Below, piece after piece: positions 1-9,561 of a stretch of 64,000 nt of DNA. The notes under the pieces are model-generated. The model made no database searches. It saw only the letters and a program-made list of their open reading frames with translations, and was not told the DNA's origin. The translations under genes were made by a program, and so were the position numbers. Positions within the stretch are counted from its first letter, which is position 1, and the number at the start of each line of letters is the position of its first letter. Location: positions 83,062 through 147,061 of IMG/VR virus record IMGVR_UViG_3300033146_000946; one strand, written 5' to 3'. The stretch comes from a virus.

Positions 1-1
1 A

Positions 2-829
2 TTAGAAAAATATAATGGTAAAGTTTCACCACAAGTTAAGATATTTATTAATTATCAAGAACAAGAAATAGATAGTGGACCATATTATACTTTAGATAAT
101 AGTTTAAATACAGTATGGTTTGACACATTTGCTCCTGATTCAGAAGTTAGATTTGAAATACAATTACCACCTTCATTAACTAAACGATTTAATTATATTA
201 GACTAGATCCATTTCCAATATTTGGATTTAATATTACAAAAATAACATATCAAGATTTATATGGAAATTATCATGATATAAATGAAGATATATATGGTAC
301 ACACGATCCTTTATTAAATAATAAAGCATATCCAACTAAGATATTTACATCTCCTAAAGAATTTAATGGAACTTTAATTATATATGGAAAAACTGATAGT
401 ACAGGTTATTTTGGATTTAGTAATATTGATATAGGTTTTATGGATTTTGATAATACAACTACTGAAGTTTTTGTTGAATATAATATATATGAAAAAGATA
501 ATAGTACTACTAGATCTCTTAAATTAGAAACGTGTGTATTAGATTATTATTTTGATGCAAAAGATGCTAAATCGTTATTAAATAATACTAATCCTGTACT
601 AGAAGCTAGATTAATATCTGGAACTAAACAATGTGTTAATAATAGTTGCACTATAGTTCCTGGTGCAGTCGATATTAAATTAGATATATCTGCTAATCAA
701 ATAATAGATATTAATAAGACAATAATATTAAGTCCTAATCAACGACTTTATTTAAAGTTAAGAATTAAAGAACATAATATGACAACCCCTGTATTTAGAG
801 GTTCTAAATTAAAATATGAGAAGGTTTAA
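2..829 (+). CDS. Hypothetical protein, 5'-truncated by the window (possibly virion-associated)
   Basis: The frame of ORF 440..829 reads open from base 2 (LEKYNGKVSPQVKIF...), so the Met at 440 is probably internal. Confidence 0.6.
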   Translation, partial: LEKYNGKVSPQVKIFINYQEQEIDSGPYYTLDNSLNTVWFDTFAPDSEVRFEIQLPPSLTKRFNYIRLDPFPIFGFNITKITYQDLYGNYHDINEDIYGTHDPLLNNKAYPTKIFTSPKEFNGTLIIYGKTDSTGYFGFSNIDIGFMDFDNTTTEVFVEYNIYEKDNSTTRSLKLETCVLDYYFDAKDAKSLLNNTNPVLEARLISGTKQCVNNSCTIVPGAVDIKLDISANQIIDINKTIILSPNQRLYLKLRIKEHNMTTPVFRGSKLKYEKV

Positions 830-831
830 TT

Positions 832-1185
832 ATGAATATAGTAGAAATGGAAAATAGAATTCTTGAATTAGAAACTGGATTAAGAAAAGTGCAAAATCAA
901 GTAAATTCATTAGAACGTGAATTAGGAAAATATGCAACACAAGGTCATTTAAAAACCTCAGAAGCTAATACAAAAAATCTTATTAATAAAAATAGTATGA
1001 TGATAAATAATTTGGAACAGAGATTGGAAACAATCTCCATTCCAGATGATACAAGATATTATTTAGAAGCAACTGAGATAGAAGATTTTAGAAGTAATTA
1101 TAAACGATTGATAGCTTTAATGGCTGATGCAGAAAAGATGTATCAAGCGTTAATTACTTATGTTAGTCAGTTTGAGCTAAAGTAA
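832..1185 (+). CDS. Coiled-coil hypothetical protein
   Basis: 117 aa with heptad-like pattern; starts 2 nt after the upstream stop. Confidence 0.7.
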   Translation: MNIVEMENRILELETGLRKVQNQVNSLERELGKYATQGHLKTSEANTKNLINKNSMMINNLEQRLETISIPDDTRYYLEATEIEDFRSNYKRLIALMADAEKMYQALITYVSQFELK

Positions 1186-2182
1186 TACCACTATCTGCCA
1201 TACATTTATCTTTAAAATTACAATAAGCACATTCCATATCACCGATTGGTTCGTGCTTTTTATAATGTTTATTATATTTGATTTTAGATATACGACCACA
1301 ATGGTATTGTAAATCTACATCTGAGTTATTATATATTAATTTATATGATGGATCTGGTAAATGTTGTTCTCTAACATAATTATAAACACTATCAAATTTT
1401 GCTATTATATCACGTAATGAAAATCTCAATTCAGCTAATCTAGATTGATCTTTAGTAGCAGTTGTAGAATGATGTAATAACTCATCAAACGAATCTACTT
1501 GTTGTAAATGAATTGTTTCAAATTCATTACCTGCTTCATCTACTGGAGTTATAATAGCATATTCTTCATCATCTAAATCAACCTTAAAATACATAAGACT
1601 ACCTGTACTTCTATCAATATATAAAAGATAAACTTCTTCTATATTTCTTTCTTTTCCATCACTACATAATACTGGTCCTTGTAAAGAACGTTTTTTATAA
1701 TGCATAGCTTGAATTAAATTTTTTGGCGCAGGTAATGGTATCTTTTTATTAGTACCAAATACAGAATCTACTTTATATGAAGATATAGATTTGATTTCAA
1801 TTCCAATATTTTTATTATTTTCATTGATTAATAAATCCATTTTACCAGAAGTTATAACTTTATGAATAGTATCTTCAGAAATATATTCCATTCGAACTTG
1901 TTCATCAACATATAAATTGTTTTTCTTAAATTCATTTATGATACTATCTTCATACATAATACCTGCATCACAAATATGTCGTACACGTACTGACATTGGA
2001 TTTGTATATTCTTGTCCTAGAAATTTATAAAATAAAGATCTTTGACATTCTCCTATTGTGATACCAGCACCTACTTCAGCAATGCCTTCACTTGCCCAAA
2101 TAACATTCTCTTCACGATATAAAGAACCTTTATCTGCGCTTACTTCATCTAATTTTTTCCCAAATAGTTTTTTGATAAACAT
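1163..2182 (-). CDS. Cas4-like PD-(D/E)XK exonuclease
   Basis: N-terminal Cys (GECQRSLFY), SGKMDLL...IEIKS nuclease motif, QAMHY, C-terminal CAYCNFKDKC cluster; SD AAGGAG upstream. Confidence 0.8.
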   Translation of the reverse strand: MFIKKLFGKKLDEVSADKGSLYREENVIWASEGIAEVGAGITIGECQRSLFYKFLGQEYTNPMSVRVRHICDAGIMYEDSIINEFKKNNLYVDEQVRMEYISEDTIHKVITSGKMDLLINENNKNIGIEIKSISSYKVDSVFGTNKKIPLPAPKNLIQAMHYKKRSLQGPVLCSDGKERNIEEVYLLYIDRSTGSLMYFKVDLDDEEYAIITPVDEAGNEFETIHLQQVDSFDELLHHSTTATKDQSRLAELRFSLRDIIAKFDSVYNYVREQHLPDPSYKLIYNNSDVDLQYHCGRISKIKYNKHYKKHEPIGDMECAYCNFKDKCMADSGITLAQTD

Positions 2183-2205
2183 ATTATCTCCTTCGTTATG
2201 TTTGT

Positions 2206-2234
2206 AATATAACTAAAAGTTGGAGATAAGTCAA
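2206..2234 (-). promoter_or_regulatory. Sigma70-type promoter of the Cas4-like gene
   Basis: TTGACT-N17-TATATT on the minus strand. Confidence 0.7.
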
Positions 2235-2407
2235 TAAAAAGTTTAATAAATAATAAATAATAATATATAAATATAATATATAATTATTTTAAAATAAATA
2301 TATATAATATATATAATAATATAATATTAATATTATATACTAAACCCTGTTAGGGTTTAGTTAAATATATAAATAAATATATAATAAATAATTTTTTTAA
2401 AAAAAAG
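2235..2407. other. Nearly pure-AT intergenic tract with central palindrome (candidate replication origin)
   Basis: ACTAAACCCT-gtt-AGGGTTTAGT at 2339-2361 inside about 170 nt almost devoid of G/C, between divergent promoters upstream of the replication genes. Confidence 0.45.
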
Positions 2408-2436
2408 TTGATTTTAATATTTAAATTAATTATATT
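2408..2436 (+). promoter_or_regulatory. Sigma70-type promoter
   Basis: TTGATT-N17-TATATT. Confidence 0.65.
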
Positions 2437-2470
2437 AGTGATAAGTTAATAAAAAGTTAAGGAGATAGTT

Positions 2471-3193
2471 ATGAAAACTATGACAACTCGAGTAATCGCT
2501 CAAAAGTCTAAAAGACTAAACAAAGATATTTTAAAGTATATCAGAAGACATAAAATAAAACACACGAAAACAACATACACGACAAAGAACAATAGAAAAG
2601 CGACTGAGTATATTTTAAATATCGATGATGCAGAGCGAATTATTAAACGTTTTAACAAAGATTACAAATCTATCAATGTTAACGTATCTTTGGATAAAAA
2701 TAATGTTGTAACATCTAAGAAAACTAAAAAGATTATTACAACTAAGAAGAATAGTGTACAGGTTACTAATGATAAGAAAGATACATATTTGAATATCTAT
2801 TCTAAATATGCTATTAATTCTAAGACCATTAGAAAAGTAGTATTAAGTCATATCTTTTCTCCTATGAAGAAAATGGATATGAGTATTGATGAATCATTTG
2901 AATTAATTGTAGATACAATAAATGCATTTAATTTACATGATTATATCAGTAATTATGCTTATAATTTAGGATCACATAAAAGTTATAAGTTCTTTTTAAA
3001 AAGTACATATTGGAATGTGATTAGAATGAAGCAATTACAAGATCATCCTATCTGTGCTATCTGTGGTGCAACTGAAAATTTAAGAGTTCATCATCCAGAT
3101 TATAAACAAGTTCCTAGAGGAACAGAATATAAGAATATGCATTTATTAACAACTGTATGTGATGAATGTCATTCAAATATTCATAATAAATAA
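2471..3193 (+). CDS. HNH endonuclease with basic N-terminal (DNA-binding) region
   Basis: C-terminal CAICG...LRVHH...VCDECHSNIH; SD TAAGGAG. Confidence 0.8.
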   Translation: MKTMTTRVIAQKSKRLNKDILKYIRRHKIKHTKTTYTTKNNRKATEYILNIDDAERIIKRFNKDYKSINVNVSLDKNNVVTSKKTKKIITTKKNSVQVTNDKKDTYLNIYSKYAINSKTIRKVVLSHIFSPMKKMDMSIDESFELIVDTINAFNLHDYISNYAYNLGSHKSYKFFLKSTYWNVIRMKQLQDHPICAICGATENLRVHHPDYKQVPRGTEYKNMHLLTTVCDECHSNIHNK

Positions 3194-3232
3194 TTATTTT
3201 AAAAAATAAATTGAATTAAATATATAAGGAGA

Positions 3233-3901
3233 TTGCAAATGCAAGATTTAAAAACTGTTAATATTAAAGGTAAAAATTATGTTGAAGTTAACGAAAGAAT
3301 TAAATACTTTCGTAAAGAAGATGCATATAAAGGTTGGTCATTAAGAACAGATATTATCGAATTAACTGATGAAAGATGTGTTCTTAAAGCAGTTATATCA
3401 GATACTGATGGAAGAATAATTGCTGAAGGTCTAGCTTATGAAAAAGCTGGAAGCTCATTTATTAATAAAACTAGTTATATTGAAAACTGTGAGACTTCAG
3501 CATGGGGTAGAGCACTTGGTAATTTAGGTATTGGTGTAGATGCGTCAGTAGCATCTGCTTTAGAAATAGCTAATGCTATTAATAATCAAACACAAAATAC
3601 TCAACAAAAAGTAGAAACTAAATCTAATGAGTATAAACCAAGTAATCCTAATAGATATAATAAAGATAAAGGTGGATCTAATGTAACATATACTAAATCT
3701 ACATCTATATCTGAAGCTACTATGAAAAGAATTAGTGCTTTAAGTAGAGATGGTAAACAAGGTAAAGTTGTATTATTAGATTATCTTGAAGATTATAATA
3801 AATTAAATAAAACAAAATTAGTTGCTAGTGATTTAACTACTGATGAAGTATTAAATCCATTAATTGATTTTATCGATAATCAACCACCAAAAGATCTTTA
3901 A
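3233..3901 (+). CDS. Rad52/Sak-like single-strand annealing protein
   Basis: IKGKNYVEVNERI and ENCETSAWGRALGNLGIG motifs. Confidence 0.7.
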   Translation: MQMQDLKTVNIKGKNYVEVNERIKYFRKEDAYKGWSLRTDIIELTDERCVLKAVISDTDGRIIAEGLAYEKAGSSFINKTSYIENCETSAWGRALGNLGIGVDASVASALEIANAINNQTQNTQQKVETKSNEYKPSNPNRYNKDKGGSNVTYTKSTSISEATMKRISALSRDGKQGKVVLLDYLEDYNKLNKTKLVASDLTTDEVLNPLIDFIDNQPPKDL

Positions 3902-3929
3902 TAATTATTTTAAAAAAATATGTATTATA

Positions 3930-3959
3930 AAGGGTAATTTAATTATTACCCTTTTTTTT
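3930..3959 (+). terminator. Intrinsic terminator
   Basis: AAGGGTAAT-loop-ATTACCCTT followed by a T run. Confidence 0.8.
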
Positions 3960-3960
3960 A

Positions 3961-3989
3961 TTGACTTTTTATAAAAATCATATTATATT
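3961..3989 (+). promoter_or_regulatory. Sigma70-type promoter of primase-helicase
   Basis: TTGACT-N17-TATATT. Confidence 0.75.
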
Positions 3990-4027
3990 ACTCGTAACAA
4001 TAAACAATAATCCAAAGGATTTAAAAC

Positions 4028-6457
4028 ATGAATACAAATAATACAAACTTAAATAATTTATCTGTTATACAAGAACTACGTAAAAAATTACCAGAATATT
4101 TAACATCACAAAATATAACTGTTAATGGTGCTGGTTTCTTTTCTTGTATACATCCAGATCACCTTGATAGAAATCCATCATGTTCTTTGAATTATGGTAA
4201 TCATTTAGAAAATGAAGTATTCCATTGTTTCTCTGGAACTGGTCATGATGGTAATATATTTACTGCTGCTCATTGGTTAGAAGGAATGCCATTAGTTGGT
4301 GCTGAATTTTGGGATGTAACTGTTAGAACTTTAGCACAGCGTTATAATATACCTTATAATCCAATGGAGATATCTGAAGATCAGAAAAGAAAATATCAAG
4401 CTTTAAGAGCTATTTCTGACGCAGTTAAGATAATATCAAGAATGTCTTTTAATCATGATAATGAGTTACGAGTTAATCATATTGGTATTAAACATTTAAT
4501 AGATAGAGGTATAACTGAAGAAACTATTAAAGAATGGAAGATTGGTGTACTTACATCTAAATCGGCTTTTAATGACGCTATGGATAAACTTGGTCATATA
4601 GATAAAGAATTTCTAGCATCAAAAGGTCTTCAGCATCATTCTATTTTAAATAGAGATGGATTTATATTACCTATAAATGATATTAATAGTCGACCTGTAG
4701 GATTTGTATCTAGAAATTGTAAAGTTGATGCTAATGAGCATGTTACACGTAAATATGCTAATAGTCCAAATAATGATGTTTATAAAAAAGGTGAAATACT
4801 TTTTGGTTATGATAAAGTTAAAAACATACCAGGACCATTATATATAGTAGAAGGTTATTTAGATGCTATTTATCTTCAACAAGAAGGTTTAAAGAAAACA
4901 GTAGCTTTAGGTTCAACAACTATTACAGAATATCATGTTGAAGAAATATTATATAAATATAATGAACAAGAAATTATTCTTGCATTAGATGGTGATCAAG
5001 GTGGTATTGATGGTACTAAATTAGCAATCGAACGTATTAGTCCATTCAGTATGTTTAATGTTAAAATATTAAATATACCAAAAGATTATGATCCAGATTC
5101 ATATGTTAGAGAATTTGGTTTAAAAGCATTTCAAGAATTAGAAAAACTAACTCCATTTGCATGGACTTTACAAAAATCTGATTACGATAAAGATATGCTT
5201 ACTATTGCTAAAAATATTATACCTACTATAGCATCTGAAGAAAGAGCAGTAGAAAGATTGAGTATGATAAAAGAATTATCTCAATTTACAGCTATTCCAG
5301 AAGCTGAAATTAAAAAAGATGTTGACCTTTTAGTTAATAAAAAAGAAGATAAATATCTTGATGAACTTGCTCATTTAAATAATTTTGTTCAAGTAAAATT
5401 AAATAAAGCAATGCCATCTGAAACAAGATCTATATTATCTAATGCTTTAGATAAACTAGAATCTATAGAAGATAAATATGAGAATGTTAAAGATGTTCAA
5501 TCATTAAGTCTTGATAATTTAATGTTATTAAGAAATGATATTCTTGAAGGTAATTATGAATATGGTTTAATTACACCTAATCATAGTTCATTTGAGAAAA
5601 AACTTAATGGAATACCTTATAAAGAAAAATTAATATATTTTGGAGGTAGAGGTTCAGCTGGTAAAACTGCATTTATGACTTCATTAGCATTAGATTTAAT
5701 AAAAGCAAATGCTGATGTAACTATATTTTATATGTCTATTGATGATAGTTTTTCATTTTTAGCAACTAAAATGCAAGCAGTATTAAGTGGTCTTGCTACT
5801 ACTGAAATACAAAATTATCAAAATTTAACTATAGATGATAAAGGTAAAGTTGATGAAGCATTTAATTTTGTTGCTAATTCTATGAAAGAAAAGAAATTAG
5901 TTATTATGGATTCATCTAGTGGTAATACTATTGAAATTATTGAAAATTATATGAGACAAATACAACGCGATTTTGCTGGACGTAAAGCTATATTTGTATT
6001 AGATAACTTTCATAAATTACAAATGGATGCAGGTCAAGGACAAAAACGAGATGCTATTAGTGACACATCTTCTAAATTAAAAGATTTAGCAACTAAATAT
6101 AAAGTGACTATTATGGCATCAGTAGAACTTAGAAAATTACAAAATGAAATATCTCGTCCTACAAGACAAGATATGCAAGGTTCTAATAAACTTGATTATG
6201 ATGCAGATGTAGTTTGTATGGTACATAATGATTTACAAGTTAATCCATCAACTAAAATCATTCATGAAAAAGAAGTTAATGGACAAATGGTTGTTATGCC
6301 TTGGGTTGAAATTAATATAGTTAAAAATAAAATAACTGGTCAACTTGGTGAATGTGTATTTAAATATAATGCAGTTAATATGAGTTTTGAAGAAGGAGAG
6401 TATTCATTATTTAAAAGACTCAGAGAATCTGGAACAACTAGAAAATTATCATTTTAA
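4028..6457 (+). CDS. Fused DnaG-type primase / DnaB-like helicase
   Basis: Zn-binding CIHPDH..PSC..HCF, KYANSP, TOPRIM VEGYLD and LALDGD, Walker A GGRGSAGKT, VLDNFH, DYDADVV. Confidence 0.93.
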   Translation: MNTNNTNLNNLSVIQELRKKLPEYLTSQNITVNGAGFFSCIHPDHLDRNPSCSLNYGNHLENEVFHCFSGTGHDGNIFTAAHWLEGMPLVGAEFWDVTVRTLAQRYNIPYNPMEISEDQKRKYQALRAISDAVKIISRMSFNHDNELRVNHIGIKHLIDRGITEETIKEWKIGVLTSKSAFNDAMDKLGHIDKEFLASKGLQHHSILNRDGFILPINDINSRPVGFVSRNCKVDANEHVTRKYANSPNNDVYKKGEILFGYDKVKNIPGPLYIVEGYLDAIYLQQEGLKKTVALGSTTITEYHVEEILYKYNEQEIILALDGDQGGIDGTKLAIERISPFSMFNVKILNIPKDYDPDSYVREFGLKAFQELEKLTPFAWTLQKSDYDKDMLTIAKNIIPTIASEERAVERLSMIKELSQFTAIPEAEIKKDVDLLVNKKEDKYLDELAHLNNFVQVKLNKAMPSETRSILSNALDKLESIEDKYENVKDVQSLSLDNLMLLRNDILEGNYEYGLITPNHSSFEKKLNGIPYKEKLIYFGGRGSAGKTAFMTSLALDLIKANADVTIFYMSIDDSFSFLATKMQAVLSGLATTEIQNYQNLTIDDKGKVDEAFNFVANSMKEKKLVIMDSSSGNTIEIIENYMRQIQRDFAGRKAIFVLDNFHKLQMDAGQGQKRDAISDTSSKLKDLATKYKVTIMASVELRKLQNEISRPTRQDMQGSNKLDYDADVVCMVHNDLQVNPSTKIIHEKEVNGQMVVMPWVEINIVKNKITGQLGECVFKYNAVNMSFEEGEYSLFKRLRESGTTRKLSF

Positions 6458-6471
6458 TAAAAGGAGCAATT

Positions 6472-7137
6472 ATGATAACATCTCATACTTTTGCAGAAAG
6501 ACTTTATAATTGCTCTAACTTTAAAGAGGAGAAAAATTATGGCAGTATTATTCAGAAACTTACCATGGAAATTATTAATGAAAGTATCGACAGTAGGAAA
6601 GATAATGACAACGTTAGTATCTTTACTCTTCTCTATCAAAAATTTATTGAATCCAAAACCTTACGGTTGGTGATGAAAGAAGATAAAGAATTAGTAGAAG
6701 ATATAATTATAGCATATGCTGAAAATATGAGTTATATTTTAAATAAGTTTAATCTTAATTTTACTGATGTTTATTATGAATATCGTTATAAGATATATGG
6801 TAATATTTTTGGTGTATTAGAAGGAGATCATAATTACAATTTTGATATTAGTTATCGATCTCCAACTGACACATTTTATCATTTATATTATTATAAGTTA
6901 AATTTCTTTTTATATAATAAAACTTATAATACAAAACGGGATGGGTTAGTTTTTATTTTATCTAATAAAACAGTATACTATATACCATATAATGAAGATG
7001 ACTATACTATAAATAGAGGATTTTTAGATTACAATATAAAGAATCGTGCTGTTAGACCAGGTCATCAATGTTTATATTGTTCAGTAAAAAATTGTAAACC
7101 AAGATTAATTACAAATATAGATAGATTTCTAATTTAA
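6472..7137 (+). CDS. Degenerate PD-(D/E)XK / Cas4-like protein
   Basis: C-terminal RPGHQCLYCSVKNC; catalytic motif not evident. Confidence 0.45.
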   Translation: MITSHTFAERLYNCSNFKEEKNYGSIIQKLTMEIINESIDSRKDNDNVSIFTLLYQKFIESKTLRLVMKEDKELVEDIIIAYAENMSYILNKFNLNFTDVYYEYRYKIYGNIFGVLEGDHNYNFDISYRSPTDTFYHLYYYKLNFFLYNKTYNTKRDGLVFILSNKTVYYIPYNEDDYTINRGFLDYNIKNRAVRPGHQCLYCSVKNCKPRLITNIDRFLI

Positions 7138-7149
7138 GGAGAATTTAAA

Positions 7150-7341
7150 ATGAGTATTGAAATTAAAAACAAAAATGGAAAGACAATAGGTCTTATTGAT
7201 CGAGAAGATGGTGAAGATTATGTTGTGGTAAAAAATAAAAAAGTCGCTTTATCAGATGTATATCAAGATAAAGAACTACTTAATGAATTTAATGATGAAA
7301 TCAAAAATTCAGAAGTAGAGTTAAATGATGATTCAGAGTAA
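7150..7341 (+). CDS. Hypothetical protein
   Basis: 63 aa; SD TAAGGAG. Confidence 0.7.
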   Translation: MSIEIKNKNGKTIGLIDREDGEDYVVVKNKKVALSDVYQDKELLNEFNDEIKNSEVELNDDSE

Positions 7342-7570
7342 TATAATAAACAATATAGATTTAGATAAATTACCAGAAGATGTACAATATACTATGTATG
7401 TTATTTTTAAAGAATTACCTTTAAAAGAACGCATGATTATATTATCTAAATTAACACATGGAACATTATTTAAATTAAATAAACAAGATATTATTAAATT
7501 ACAAAAAACTTCTGTATCAAAAATCTATAATAATTATATAGAATTAATTAAACAGGAGTTAGGAGAGTAA
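7325..7570 (+). CDS. Small protein resembling sigma70 region 4 HTH
   Basis: ELPLKERMII...TSVSKIYNNYIELIKQEL pattern. Confidence 0.4.
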   Translation: MMIQSNIINNIDLDKLPEDVQYTMYVIFKELPLKERMIILSKLTHGTLFKLNKQDIIKLQKTSVSKIYNNYIELIKQELGE

Positions 7571-7571
7571 T

Positions 7572-7733
7572 ATGAATTTAAGAAAATTAAAATATTTTGG
7601 CAATTTAATAAAAAATAGATTATATTTAAAGAATAAGATTTACTTCGAGTCTACAAAAACTCAACCATCTTTATTTTATAGAAAATGGTTAGAAGTAGAT
7701 TTATCAAACCAACAAGAACTTAATAACCTTTAA
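7572..7733 (+). CDS. 53-aa protein of the MNLR-start group (below the ORF-track cutoff)
   Basis: SD AGGAG; MNLRKLKYFGNLIK...ELNNL* fills the gap between neighbouring genes. Confidence 0.7.
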   Translation: MNLRKLKYFGNLIKNRLYLKNKIYFESTKTQPSLFYRKWLEVDLSNQQELNNL

Positions 7734-7746
7734 CATAGGATAAAAT

Positions 7747-9189
7747 ATGTCCAAAAGAATACTGATTATATCTGATAGTATTTTCAGACAAACAGGTTAT
7801 TCTACAGTTACCAATAATATTATAGAACATTTAAGTAAAGATTTTGAAGTGGCTCAAATGGGACTGGCTCATATGCCAGTCCCTAATTATAATAATACTT
7901 CTATAGATTATTATACTCCAATAATGAGCCATAGTAAATGTTGTGGTAAAGAATTATTAATTGAACATTATAACTCTAAAACTGGTAAAGTAGAATACAT
8001 TACACCTAATGTTGATTTAGATGTAATACAAAATGAATGTAATCGAGGATATCCAAATCAATCAGATCCATTTGGATTTGAATCAGCGTATTATATAATT
8101 GAACATTTTCGTCCAGATATTGTTATACCGATTAATGATATTTGGGGTATTTATAAATTAAACTTTTTAAAGAATAGAAAAAATTTCAAATTAGTACCAT
8201 ATCTTGCTATTGATAGTGAATGTTTTCCTGCTCAAATACAAACTAATGAAAATATAAATACTTTACAATTTTTAAAAATAACTGATAAATTAGTTGTATT
8301 TACTAATTGGGCTAAACATACTATAAATAAAACTTCTGAATTAATAATAGGAACTAAATTTAATAATATTGAAATTATTCCACATGGTGTTAATGCATCT
8401 AAATTTTTTAATTTAAATGCTAGAGATAGATTAATACATGAATTATTTAGATTAGATCCAAATAAAGTATTTATAATAGGTTCAGTTAATAGAAATCAAC
8501 CTAGAAAAAGATTGGATGCTATTTTTCAAATATTAAAAATATTAAAAAATAAATATGAAAAACCAAATGGTAAAAAATTTATGGTTCATTTTCATTGTGC
8601 TATCAAAGATAGTCATGGTTGGGATTTACCTTGGTTAGCTAAATATTATGGTGTAGAAGATAGAGTTATTTTAGATCAAAATTTAAAACCTGGAATAGGT
8701 GTTACTGATGAATTATTAAATATGATTATGAATACATATGATGTACATTTAGTACCAACTAATAGTGAAGGTTGGGGGTTGTCTATTCTTGAAACTATGG
8801 CTGTTGGTATCCCAAATGTAATATCTGATTATTCGGCTCATGGAGATTGGGCTAAAGATTATTCTCTTAAAATAAAATTAGCAGCAAAGATACATGAACC
8901 AATAACAAATCATATTAAAGGTATTATCGATGTAAATCATGCAGCGAAGCAAATATCTTTATTATATAATTCTAAAAAAATGTTAGAGTCATATAAAAAT
9001 AAAAGTATTAAATTAGCAAATAAATTGCAATGGGTAAATGTAGTTGAACAATGGAATATATTATTAAATAATATTGATATAAGTGATTTAAAAGAAAATA
9101 GATATCATGAAGGATATTTTGATGTTTATAATTTAAAACATGTACCAGAAAACCCAATAACTACTGAATTTGAATTACAAGAAATTTAA
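7747..9189 (+). CDS. GT-B (GT4-like) glycosyltransferase
   Basis: TGYSTV, IPHGV, VNRNQPRKR, SEGWGLSILETMAVGIP. Confidence 0.9.
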   Translation: MSKRILIISDSIFRQTGYSTVTNNIIEHLSKDFEVAQMGLAHMPVPNYNNTSIDYYTPIMSHSKCCGKELLIEHYNSKTGKVEYITPNVDLDVIQNECNRGYPNQSDPFGFESAYYIIEHFRPDIVIPINDIWGIYKLNFLKNRKNFKLVPYLAIDSECFPAQIQTNENINTLQFLKITDKLVVFTNWAKHTINKTSELIIGTKFNNIEIIPHGVNASKFFNLNARDRLIHELFRLDPNKVFIIGSVNRNQPRKRLDAIFQILKILKNKYEKPNGKKFMVHFHCAIKDSHGWDLPWLAKYYGVEDRVILDQNLKPGIGVTDELLNMIMNTYDVHLVPTNSEGWGLSILETMAVGIPNVISDYSAHGDWAKDYSLKIKLAAKIHEPITNHIKGIIDVNHAAKQISLLYNSKKMLESYKNKSIKLANKLQWVNVVEQWNILLNNIDISDLKENRYHEGYFDVYNLKHVPENPITTEFELQEI

Positions 9190-9204
9190 AAAAAGGATTG
9201 AATT

Positions 9205-9549
9205 ATGTCAGATAAAAAAATAGTTACTGAAACTAAAATGGAAACAGTTAAAACAGAATTAGAAAGAATGCATCCAGAAGAAGGAGATATTTTTATATTA
9301 AATGTTAATACTGATGATCCCGATATAATATATTCAGAAGAAATTGCTGAAAGTGTAGAACAATTATCAGAAATATTAAAAGATCTAACTGGTATAGATA
9401 TTCCTATTTTAGTATTTGGAACAGAACTAACTATGTCATTAATTAAAAAAGATGATCTTGAAAAATTATTAGATAGTATTGAAATAATTGATGATATAGA
9501 TGAAGAATTAGATAACGACGTAGAAAATATTAAAGATTTATTTAATTAA
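9205..9549 (+). CDS. Acidic hypothetical protein
   Basis: 114-aa ORF within the operon. Confidence 0.7.
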   Translation: MSDKKIVTETKMETVKTELERMHPEEGDIFILNVNTDDPDIIYSEEIAESVEQLSEILKDLTGIDIPILVFGTELTMSLIKKDDLEKLLDSIEIIDDIDEELDNDVENIKDLFN

Positions 9550-9561
9550 AGGATAATTAAA

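Noticed and set aside
1163-2182. CRISPR-Cas locus
   Set aside because: No repeat-spacer array or other cas genes seen; solo Cas4-like nucleases are common in phages
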